Of a stretch of DNA of 64,000 bases, positions 48,937 to 57,598 are shown in pieces. Source of the stretch: Akkermansiaceae bacterium UBA5688 (lineage in GTDB: Bacteria > Verrucomicrobiota > Verrucomicrobiia > Verrucomicrobiales > Akkermansiaceae); assembly GCA_002420315.1 (NCBI GenBank), contig DIHU01000219.1, positions 27,031-91,030 of the forward strand, given 5' to 3'. Each line of letters begins with the position of its first letter. Position 1 is the first letter of the stretch. The notes below the pieces were generated by a model that was not told the DNA's origin, did not search any database, and saw only the letters and a program-made list of their open reading frames with translations. The position numbers and the translations under genes are program-made.

Positions 48937-49842
48937 ATGAAATCGACTTTTTTCATCATTTCCGCCCTCCTCGCTCAATCCGCGTTCGCCGGCTTTCGTC
49001 AGGAAAAAACCGACTCCTCCCTGAAGCTTTTTGACAGTGACATTCTGATAACAGAATACCGGACCGACCATCATCTTCCTTACCTTTACCCACTCGTAGG
49101 CCCCACTGGGGTTGGGCTCACTCGAAACTTCCCCATGAAAAAGAACGTTGAGGGTGAGCAACCAGATCACCCCCATCATCGCTCTTTTTGGTTCACTCAC
49201 GGCGACGTCAATGGACACGATTTCTGGCACTCAAAAGATCACAAGTCAAACATTGTCCACAAGTCCTTCGGGAAATCCAAAGGTGGAACATTTTCAGTCA
49301 ACCTCGAGTGGCAGCAGGACAAGGAGGTAATTCTCAAGGAAACTCGAACCTATAAATTAAGTAAGCCCAACGAAAAATCACTCGCAATCGAAGTTCACTC
49401 AACCCTGACTGCAGCAACCGAAGTGAAATTTGGCGACACCAAGGAAGGTTCCTTCGCCTTACGCGTCTCCCCCACCCTACGGCACGAAGGTAAGGTCGCA
49501 AAGGGCCACATCGCCAACTCTGAGGGTCAGATCGACAAAGATGCCTGGGGTAAGCGTGCTCGCTGGGTCAGCTACTATGGCCCCGACAGCTCCGATAAAA
49601 ACGTCACAATTACTATGATGGACCACCCTTCAAACCACAATCACCCCACTTTCTGGCACGCCCGTACTTATGGTCTTCTCACTGCAAACCCCTTTGGCGA
49701 AAAAAGCTTCACCAAAAAGGGAAACGGTAATTTCACCCTTAAGAAGGGCGATTCGCTCACTCAGAAATACGGCCTCTTCATGCAGTCCGGAACTTTCAAA
49801 AAGGATTCCGTCGAAAAGGCCTACCAAGCCTTTGCTAAATAG
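48937..49842 (+). CDS. PmoA-family / DUF6807 protein, secreted
   Basis: Signal peptide, LPYLYPLVGP and DHPHHRSFWFTHGDVNGHDFW blocks. Confidence 0.7.
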   Translation: MKSTFFIISALLAQSAFAGFRQEKTDSSLKLFDSDILITEYRTDHHLPYLYPLVGPTGVGLTRNFPMKKNVEGEQPDHPHHRSFWFTHGDVNGHDFWHSKDHKSNIVHKSFGKSKGGTFSVNLEWQQDKEVILKETRTYKLSKPNEKSLAIEVHSTLTAATEVKFGDTKEGSFALRVSPTLRHEGKVAKGHIANSEGQIDKDAWGKRARWVSYYGPDSSDKNVTITMMDHPSNHNHPTFWHARTYGLLTANPFGEKSFTKKGNGNFTLKKGDSLTQKYGLFMQSGTFKKDSVEKAYQAFAK

Positions 49843-49982
49843 CGGCAAGGCTCCGGTTCAAGAATACTCCCAACTTCACAATCGACAGGAAGTTCGGCAT
49901 TCTTTTTCGTTTTTGGCTAATTGACAAAATAAACGCGATGAAAATTGTCGCATTCTCGTCATAACAGGAGAGTTCCTGCACA

Positions 49983-52900
49983 ATGCCATTTCCTGAGGAT
50001 AAAACTAAAGAATCTCCAAAGCCCCATTGGCATTGGAGAAGACGTCTCTTTTACCCTTTTGTTCTAATCGTAGGGCTCCTAATCTGGGTAAATGGACCTG
50101 GTTTTCGTTGGGGACTAGAAAAGATTATCTTGCAAAAATTGGCTGCCGAAGACTTTTCGGGGAGCTTCGTATTAGAGGGGACAGCACTCTCGGGAATCTC
50201 GATTCGTGAGATCTCCATTAATGGAAAATCAACTATTCAAAGCATTGAATCCGATTTAATCAAAATTGAATGGTCACTTGGATCGTTGATTGACATGGAA
50301 CTCGAGTCCATCGCCCTTAAGGGGATTTATATTATAATCGACCCAGAGGCTTCCAAAGCAGGCATCTTTTCAGGTGACCAAGGCCAGGAACGAGCCTCCA
50401 AATCTAAGACCTCTCTCACAGAGGTCCTAGGTCTAATCAAGGGCTTCATCCAGCCTGCCGAAATTTCAATCATCGGCCTTAAGGTTGAGGTCGAAAATAT
50501 GACTCAAGTTTCGCTGGGGTCCCTAACTCATAGCGCTGGCGAGAGTTACTATTTCATTTCGGATCTTCAATCACGCGACCATCTCGACCGCAATATTTAC
50601 AATCCGGAGTCCATCGTGACTTGGAATCAAGATGGCTTCTTCATCAACCAAATCACCTTGAACTCGCAGCTCGCGATTCAAGATATTTTCTTCAAACCAG
50701 AGAAATCAGCCTCGATGGTTATCTCCGTAGCCGGCAGCAAAGTCCTCGCGGAGTCAGACCTTAAGTCCTCTCACCGAATTTCACTTGAATCGCCTTCCCT
50801 CTCGATTCCTAGTCTCATCGAACTCGCAAAACCCGACCTTGAATCAGCAGGCGAAATCACAAAGCTCGAGATCAATACGTCAAGTGGCTCTTTCGCCCTC
50901 GAAGCTTGTGACCTGAGATACGAGGACCAAGAAATTTCACGAGCCTCAATCGCCGCCATTACAGAAGATTTACTTTCGCCCTTTGAAAAGCCAATCAACA
51001 TTCAAGTCTCGGTTGATGATAAAATACAAGCTGAGGGAATTGTGATGTTAGATCGCCAAATTCTTGATTCCTCAGCCGAGCTAGATCTCGCTGTCAATTG
51101 GCCCAAATTCCCCACTATTAATGGTGAACTTCATTACGATTCCCGAGAGGCTCACTTATCTGCCTTGGCTCTTGACCACCTCCGAGCCACCGCTCGATTT
51201 CAGATTGATTCACAAACCTACCAGGCCAAAATCTATTCCGAGATCAACGAATCAACGATTCTCGATGAGAATCTCGAAGGGCCCTTAAACTTCACGGCAA
51301 GGGCCAAGGGTGATTTTAAAATGGCTAAGCACTCAGGCTCACTAGACCTATTTGAGATGGGCTTCCATCTGCCTAACTTTTCGCAATTCGCCGCAAATGG
51401 GAAGATCATCTGGAACTGGCCGAACCAGATTGCGGTCGAACGCCTCGAAATGATTAGTTCCGAGGCAGTCGCTGAGACCAAACTAAACTGGTCGAATGGC
51501 ACTCTTGAAGTTGACTACATTAAAGTTTTTGAAAAAGACGATGAACTGCTCTCCGTTGAAGCAAACTTTCCAGTACCTCTCTCGACTCGCTCGCTAAATG
51601 AGATCCTAGAATCGGAGAAAGAGATCTCCTTGAAAATCAATTCTAAGCCTCTAACCCTAGAGCGACTTTCATCATTTTTGCCTATACCAGCCGAACTTTC
51701 CGGGATTTTTCATGCTGAAGAATTTAACCTTACTGGGACTTTTTTCAATCCCTTGCTAAATGGAAAGATCTCCCTGAAAGATTTTCAGTCAACTGTTACC
51801 CCACAGCTCTCTCCTGCCGAAATTGTAATTGAAGTTCAAACTGACGCTAAGAATCTCATCGTAGACTTCGAGGCAAAAGATCCCGTAGGACAAATACTTA
51901 AATTAGATGGAACCTTCCCATTCCTTCCCCGGAAATGGCTCGATCAAAAAATGATCCCGCTTGATTCACCTCTTACCCTAACAGTCAAAAACGATCGGCT
52001 GGACCTCCGGCGCATCCAACCGCTCACCCCCTCCATTCCCAATATCAGGGGCACACTTAATCTAGATTTAAGATTATCGGGCTCACTCATAGAACCTCGA
52101 TTGAACGGCAATATTAACGCAGATAATCTCAATACTAGCCATCTGACTAACCTTCCGGACTTTGGTTTAAACTTGGAACTTAAGACCACCAATCAAGAAA
52201 TCACCCTTAATGGATCAGGAAAAAACGGCACTGCCAACTTAATGACGATTGCCGGAAGGCTACCTCTACAACCAAAAACATGGTTGGGACTTCCAGAATC
52301 AGAGCCTGAAAAAGAATTCCTTTTTGAAATAAAAGATGCCGAAGTAGACCTAAGTCAAGTCCAGCCATTCGTGCCTATGGTCAAGAATGTTCAAGGAAAT
52401 TTAGAGCTGAATGTCAAAGCCACTGGTACAAGTTCCAGTCCACAGTTTTCAGGAGATGCCGACCTAAGTATTACAAAAATGCGCCTTGATGATTCGCCCT
52501 TCTCGGAATTCCGTGATTCTCGAATCATCCTCAATCTAGCAAATGACATCATAACAGTTAATGAAAGTTCCATCAGAGCATCCGGCGGTAAAGCAACCAT
52601 CAGAGGATCCATTAACCTAGCCTCAAAAGATGCTGATTTCGATCCTATCTTCGACGTTGAAGTAGAGGGAAAAGATATTCTTCTCTATCGCACCAAGGAT
52701 CTAAATTTCCGCGGCCACCCTAACCTCACAATCACCGGCCCTTATTCAAAAGCAAAAATCGCAGGGACTCTCAAAATTGCTGACAGCCTTATATACAAGG
52801 ACGTCGAAATCCTTCCCTTTGGAGTCCCCCGAACAAGCGAAACACCAAGACCAAACCTTCCCTCATTTTCACAAAGTCCCAAAATGGAGAATCCAATCAT

Positions 52901-53582
52901 TTCGCCTCCCTCTGGCGTCATGGAATGGAATCTCGAGGTTGATATCACTACCGAAGACCCCGTCCTTATTCGAGGCAATCTCATAGATGGCCAGATCACC
53001 GGCCAAAACTTGAAACTCAGAGGCACAATAGGATCGCCCAAACCCTCAGGTACTGTGACCACTGAAGAGATTGTTGCTGACCTCCCCTTCAGCAAGCTAG
53101 AAGTCCAGTCGGGATCAATCACCCTCAATCCCGATTCACCGACCAATTCATACCTTGACCTCAAAGGAAGCTCCAAAATCAGTTCCTACCTCGTTCAAGT
53201 TTTTGTGTCGGGTACGATTCAAAACCCCAAACTAGTCCTCACTTCGGACCCACCGCTTCCTGAAAATGAAATTATGCTTCTCTTAGCTACCGGTTCCGTA
53301 TCTTCACAACTAGCAAATCAAGAAGTCGCGTCACAAAAAGCACTTCAATACCTCTTCGAAACCCTCCGTCGTAGAAATGGTGAAAAAGATAAGTCGATCC
53401 TCCAAAGATTCCTCAAAAACTCCGGTCAAATCAAAGTTTCACTCGGCGAAACCAATCAATACTCAGGGCAAAATTTTTCCTCAGCAACCCTCAATCTTGA
53501 CGATCGTTGGGATTTCACCACTCAAATCGATGAACAAGGGCAGACGAGAGCTTTTCTCGTTTTCTCGGTTCGCTTTAAGTAA
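49983..53582 (+). CDS. tamB: Translocation and assembly module protein TamB-like (DUF490 C-terminus)
   Basis: N-terminal anchor (LFYPFVLIVGLLIWV), a long beta-rich body, and a C-terminal GTIQNPKLVLTSDPPLPENEIMLLLATG block. Confidence 0.75.
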   Translation: MPFPEDKTKESPKPHWHWRRRLFYPFVLIVGLLIWVNGPGFRWGLEKIILQKLAAEDFSGSFVLEGTALSGISIREISINGKSTIQSIESDLIKIEWSLGSLIDMELESIALKGIYIIIDPEASKAGIFSGDQGQERASKSKTSLTEVLGLIKGFIQPAEISIIGLKVEVENMTQVSLGSLTHSAGESYYFISDLQSRDHLDRNIYNPESIVTWNQDGFFINQITLNSQLAIQDIFFKPEKSASMVISVAGSKVLAESDLKSSHRISLESPSLSIPSLIELAKPDLESAGEITKLEINTSSGSFALEACDLRYEDQEISRASIAAITEDLLSPFEKPINIQVSVDDKIQAEGIVMLDRQILDSSAELDLAVNWPKFPTINGELHYDSREAHLSALALDHLRATARFQIDSQTYQAKIYSEINESTILDENLEGPLNFTARAKGDFKMAKHSGSLDLFEMGFHLPNFSQFAANGKIIWNWPNQIAVERLEMISSEAVAETKLNWSNGTLEVDYIKVFEKDDELLSVEANFPVPLSTRSLNEILESEKEISLKINSKPLTLERLSSFLPIPAELSGIFHAEEFNLTGTFFNPLLNGKISLKDFQSTVTPQLSPAEIVIEVQTDAKNLIVDFEAKDPVGQILKLDGTFPFLPRKWLDQKMIPLDSPLTLTVKNDRLDLRRIQPLTPSIPNIRGTLNLDLRLSGSLIEPRLNGNINADNLNTSHLTNLPDFGLNLELKTTNQEITLNGSGKNGTANLMTIAGRLPLQPKTWLGLPESEPEKEFLFEIKDAEVDLSQVQPFVPMVKNVQGNLELNVKATGTSSSPQFSGDADLSITKMRLDDSPFSEFRDSRIILNLANDIITVNESSIRASGGKATIRGSINLASKDADFDPIFDVEVEGKDILLYRTKDLNFRGHPNLTITGPYSKAKIAGTLKIADSLIYKDVEILPFGVPRTSETPRPNLPSFSQSPKMENPIISPPSGVMEWNLEVDITTEDPVLIRGNLIDGQITGQNLKLRGTIGSPKPSGTVTTEEIVADLPFSKLEVQSGSITLNPDSPTNSYLDLKGSSKISSYLVQVFVSGTIQNPKLVLTSDPPLPENEIMLLLATGSVSSQLANQEVASQKALQYLFETLRRRNGEKDKSILQRFLKNSGQIKVSLGETNQYSGQNFSSATLNLDDRWDFTTQIDEQGQTRAFLVFSVRFK

Positions 53583-53587
53583 AATCC

Positions 53588-55525
53588 ATGGTTCTCCGGA
53601 TCACAGTATTGATTCTGCTTTTCACCCCAGTATTAGCTCCTGGAGCAAATGTGGAATTCGTTGGCTTGCGATCATTCACTTCAGAGAGCCTCTTGAAAGC
53701 AGTCGCGGGTCGAATGGACTATATTCGTAAGCGAGATGCCACCGATTCACGTGCCGACGATGCGGCCTACCTAGTCGAATCTTATCTAAAAACCCATGGA
53801 CTGCCAGATGCCGTAATTTCAGGGCAAAGAATCTCGGACAATAAAATCCGTCTCACCATTGAGGAAGGACTCTCACAGTTTCTAGGATCGATCAAAGTCA
53901 CTGGATTCGATGACGTAGAGGCAATTCAGGACCAATTCCAAGCGACATTCCCCGAGACGGTTAAACAACGAGCCTTTGAATCCAAATTTATTGAAGAAGG
54001 CCTAGAGAGAGTCCGTGATCTTTTGCATACAAATGGATACTGGAAAGGCAATCTCACAGCAATTCAAGAGGCGCGCCAAGCTGATGGAAAAATTCCATTC
54101 ACTTTGAAGATCGATAAAGGACCACTATTTATCCTCGAAAATCCTAATCTAGAAAGCCAAGTCAAGCCCTCGGCCGCTCTGGAAAAAATAGCTGGTGAGG
54201 CCAGAGGAGAAACAGCCACCGCAGAAAACATCATTTCGCTTCGCCGTAACATTAGCGAAGACTATCGCAGACGAGGTTATACCGATATTTCGCTGGTAAT
54301 GTTAAAGAAAATCAATGGTAACAAACTCCTGCTTAACTTCGTCATAACACCGGGGAAAAAATACATTGTTCGCTCATTCCAGACCGCCGGCCTCAACAAA
54401 ACCAACCCAAGTAATATTCAGAACCGCTTTAGGAAACTAATCGGTGAAAATTTTGACGAAAAATCGACAGGCCGCGATATAAAGAGGCTACTCTCGACGG
54501 GAGCTTTTTCCAGTGTACGCCTTGAAAAAAAAGAAATTAACGACGCCGAGCTAGATCTAACTCTTCATCTTAAGGAGGCCAAAGCGAGGGGATACTCCGT
54601 CGCTTTGGGATATGGATCAATCGAGGGCTACACCCTCGGTCTTCGTTACTTCGATCGTAACTTATATGGAAGCCTATCAAATTTATCTGCAGTAGCCGAA
54701 ATCACCTCTCTCGGTGGCCTGGGTGCAATCAGTCTCAGCAATCCATTTTTTTTAGATCAAGATCTAAGGCTCGCCAACCGAGCATTTCTCATTAATCGAG
54801 ACTTCGATAACTACGACAAATTAGAAGGAGGAATTGGCAGTGAACTGACATGGAAATGGGGTGATAATTACTCCACTAAGGTTGGCCTGACTGTGTCTCA
54901 AACTTCTATCAATACACCGATTCCCAAAGAATTGGCGGGCCCACGAAATTACATAGTATCAAGACTTGGTCTCCAGCAATTATTCGATAGGCGCAATAAC
55001 CCCGCGCTGCCTTCAGATGGTTGGTTTGCTCGCCTCAGCACATCTCTTGGATTGTCAGATGGAGATAATGCCATTGGTTTTTTTGAAGTAGAAAGCCAAT
55101 TCAGCTACTATCAAACACTGAGTGAAAATTCCTCTTACGCTTTAGGCTTGCGGGGAGGTTTTATTTCTCCATCTGGCGAAACCCAAAGCCTGCCCATCGA
55201 TCTACGTAAATTCCTAGGTGGGGCAAACACCATCCGCTCCTTTCCCGAACTTAAGATGGGATCATCTTTCAACGGTAACACTTTAGGAGGGACAGAGTGG
55301 TGGCTCGCGAATGCTGAATACAGGCACAACCTTGCCGGTCCATTCGAAGCCCTAATCTTCGTCGACGCTGCAGGACTCGACTCCGAAGTAGAATTAGCTG
55401 TCGGCTTGGGAGTTCGTATTAACCTCCCGGTAGGACCGATTCGGCTAGAATACGGTCGTTCCCTATCACAAAACAGTGGAGAACCCGGAGGCACTTTTCA
55501 CTTTGCTATCGGAACTACTTTTTAA
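53588..55525 (+). CDS. tamA: Omp85-family outer-membrane protein (TamA/BamA-like, POTRA + surface-antigen barrel)
   Basis: Signal peptide, POTRA-like repeats, a barrel domain, and a terminal beta-signal ending FAIGTTF. Lies 5 nt after tamB. Confidence 0.75.
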   Translation: MVLRITVLILLFTPVLAPGANVEFVGLRSFTSESLLKAVAGRMDYIRKRDATDSRADDAAYLVESYLKTHGLPDAVISGQRISDNKIRLTIEEGLSQFLGSIKVTGFDDVEAIQDQFQATFPETVKQRAFESKFIEEGLERVRDLLHTNGYWKGNLTAIQEARQADGKIPFTLKIDKGPLFILENPNLESQVKPSAALEKIAGEARGETATAENIISLRRNISEDYRRRGYTDISLVMLKKINGNKLLLNFVITPGKKYIVRSFQTAGLNKTNPSNIQNRFRKLIGENFDEKSTGRDIKRLLSTGAFSSVRLEKKEINDAELDLTLHLKEAKARGYSVALGYGSIEGYTLGLRYFDRNLYGSLSNLSAVAEITSLGGLGAISLSNPFFLDQDLRLANRAFLINRDFDNYDKLEGGIGSELTWKWGDNYSTKVGLTVSQTSINTPIPKELAGPRNYIVSRLGLQQLFDRRNNPALPSDGWFARLSTSLGLSDGDNAIGFFEVESQFSYYQTLSENSSYALGLRGGFISPSGETQSLPIDLRKFLGGANTIRSFPELKMGSSFNGNTLGGTEWWLANAEYRHNLAGPFEALIFVDAAGLDSEVELAVGLGVRINLPVGPIRLEYGRSLSQNSGEPGGTFHFAIGTTF

Positions 55526-55568
55526 TCAAGATCAAAGACCGGCAGGCGCTTCCACCTTGTTTTTTTGA

Positions 55569-56232
55569 ATGAACCATCAGTCTCCCATCAAGGCCATTTC
55601 AGGTTGCGATCAACAACTTATCGATCAGTGGAAATCTGTTGCCTAGTGCGATCGCCACCCTAAGTCTGTCGTCTGTAATACTGACGAAGGCGAGCCTGGA
55701 TGTTTCAAAGATAGAGCCCTCATGGACTACGAGATCCCCATCGGCCTACCTTTGAAAACACTTGTCTTTGATCGGGCAGACGGACCATTTGATCAACGCT
55801 CTATTTAAGCAGTCACCATAGCAGTGCTCTCGGGAGGATTCCTCGACCATCAAATCCTTGATGATCTGACACTAGATGATCCCTATATCCGTTCGCACTG
55901 CGCCTTCCTCGGAGCCGGTGGGACCGTGTCTTCGATGACTCTCGTAATATGATGAAAGCTGCCCATGATGCGATGGCTTTCTTGGCACACGAATCCGGCG
56001 GCAAGTGTTTCCCTTGTCGCATCGGCACTCAACAGCTCACCGAGCGCTTGAATGACGATTCCAAAAACTGGACCTCGCAGCATGGACCGAAGAAGTGAGC
56101 GACATCAACGAGGCAATGAAAGCAACATCGGCCTGTGGACTTGGAATGGCTGCACCCCACGTCACCGAATCACTAATGAAGTATTTTCCCGAGCAGGTTA
56201 AAGCTTCTACGAATTCCAATTCCTGGACCTAA
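55569..56232 (+). pseudogene. Decayed NuoF/HoxF-family (NADH dehydrogenase 51-kDa / hydrogenase diaphorase) gene relic
   Basis: Recognisable blocks lie in three frames. They are DQWKSVA*CDRHPKSVVCNTDEGEPGCFKDRALMDY|EIPIGLPLKTL (in-frame TAG 55644 and TAA 55806), GGFLDHQILDDLTLDDPY..FLGAGGTV, then VFDDSRNMM..FLAHESGGKCFPCRIGT, then EAMKATSACGLGMAAPHVTESLMKYFPEQV. About 170 aa are missing after the DEGEPG block. The first Fe-S cysteine is replaced (ESGGKC). Confidence 0.8.
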
Positions 56233-56379
56233 CAAATCCCCTTAAATAAAGGTGTTCCGCTTGAATAGTTTAGATCACCGAAACAAGATTTGAATCTTTT
56301 CAATCTTTTGCTGTCATAACTCTAGTTTTTTTGACTTACTGACGGGCGATCGGGAAATTAATCCAACCCGTTCTTCAAT

Positions 56380-56432
56380 GCGCCCCGGGCGGTCCTCCTT
56401 TTTCGCAGGCAGTTCGTCCGGGGTGCTTTTTT
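56380..56432 (+). terminator. Intrinsic-terminator-like hairpin plus T-run
   Basis: GCGCCCCGG (56380-56388) pairs with CCGGGGTGC (56418-56426) with one G-T wobble, followed by TTTTTT (56427-56432). The loop is long (29 nt). Confidence 0.5.
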
Positions 56433-56465
56433 ATGCGTTTATGCTGCAAGTGCCAACACTGGAAG

Positions 56466-57479
56466 TCACCCCGCACATGCTTCTTCGAAGCCCTTCACAA
56501 CATATCTAATATCCTTAGCCGAAATTCCCAAGTGAGTGACAAGGCGTTGTTTTCCGCCGGTGTATCCCCCAATCTTTATTCCTTTTGCTTCAAGGCTCCG
56601 TGACACCGCCGCACCATCAAATTCAGATAAATCGACAAAGACCATGTTCGTCTGTATCGGATCCACCTTAAGCTTGGATATACCAGCTAGGCTCTCTCCC
56701 AACTGGCGGGCATTTTCATGATCTTCGATCAGGCGGTCGATATGGTTTTCTAGCACATAAATTCCAGCAGCTGCCAACATTCCTGACTGACGCATTCCCC
56801 CTCCCAGCATCTTACGCCACCTTTTCGCTTCTTTGATAAAACTAGCAGAAGCAACGAGAACAGAACCCACTGGAGCTCCCAGCCCTTTAGACAAACAAAT
56901 TGATACCGACTCGAAAGGCTTCGCCAATTGAACAGCTGGCACTCCAGACGCAGCAGAAGCGTTAAAGAGCCGAGCACCATCGAGATGAAGCGATAGTTGA
57001 TAATCACTGGCAAATGACTGGACTAATTTGAGATAGTCCAGCGGAAGGGCCTTGCCCCACGTTGTGTTCTCAAGACACAAAAGCTTCGTCCGCGCAAAAT
57101 GGAAATCATCGGGCTTTACCAGTGCCGCAAGCTTATCCAGGGCCAGTGTCCCATCTTCTTCCTGATCGAGAGACTGGGGCTGGATACTTCCGAAGACGGC
57201 TGCTCCCCCACCCTCGAAGAGATAGGTGTGAGCTGTTTGACCAACAAGGTATTCGTCACCCCTACCACAGTGCGAAAGCAAGGCACAGAGATTACTCTGG
57301 GTTCCACTCGGAACATACATACCCGCTTCTTTCCCCAATATCTCGGCAGACATATCCTCAAGCCGAGCCACCGTTGGATCACAGTCCATCACATCATCTC
57401 CCACCTTCGCACGACACATAGCCTCCCTGATTTCAGGAGTCGGTTGGGTTACGGTATCACTCCGCAAATCGATGCTCAT
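56466..57479 (-). CDS. ltaE: Low-specificity L-threonine aldolase
   Basis: MSIDLRSDTVTQPTPEIREAM start and the PLP-lysine region. The ATG at 57479 is preferred over the tracked 57515. Confidence 0.85.
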   Translation of the reverse strand: MSIDLRSDTVTQPTPEIREAMCRAKVGDDVMDCDPTVARLEDMSAEILGKEAGMYVPSGTQSNLCALLSHCGRGDEYLVGQTAHTYLFEGGGAAVFGSIQPQSLDQEEDGTLALDKLAALVKPDDFHFARTKLLCLENTTWGKALPLDYLKLVQSFASDYQLSLHLDGARLFNASAASGVPAVQLAKPFESVSICLSKGLGAPVGSVLVASASFIKEAKRWRKMLGGGMRQSGMLAAAGIYVLENHIDRLIEDHENARQLGESLAGISKLKVDPIQTNMVFVDLSEFDGAAVSRSLEAKGIKIGGYTGGKQRLVTHLGISAKDIRYVVKGFEEACAG

Positions 57480-57537
57480 ACCTCTGCTCGTAAATAAGCC
57501 AGAGCGAACCCACAAGAACTTACTCCAAAGTAGCCCA

Positions 57538-57573
57538 TAAAAAACAGCCCATTACGATAATGTAACGGGCTGC
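57538..57573 (-). terminator. Rho-independent terminator downstream of the FKBP gene
   Basis: The minus strand reads CAGCCCGTTAC-attatc-GTAATGGGCTG (11-bp stem, one A-C mismatch) followed by TTTTTT. It lies about 26 nt after the FKBP stop codon. Confidence 0.65.
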
Positions 57574-57598
57574 TTTCAATGATTCACGGAGAGTTGAA

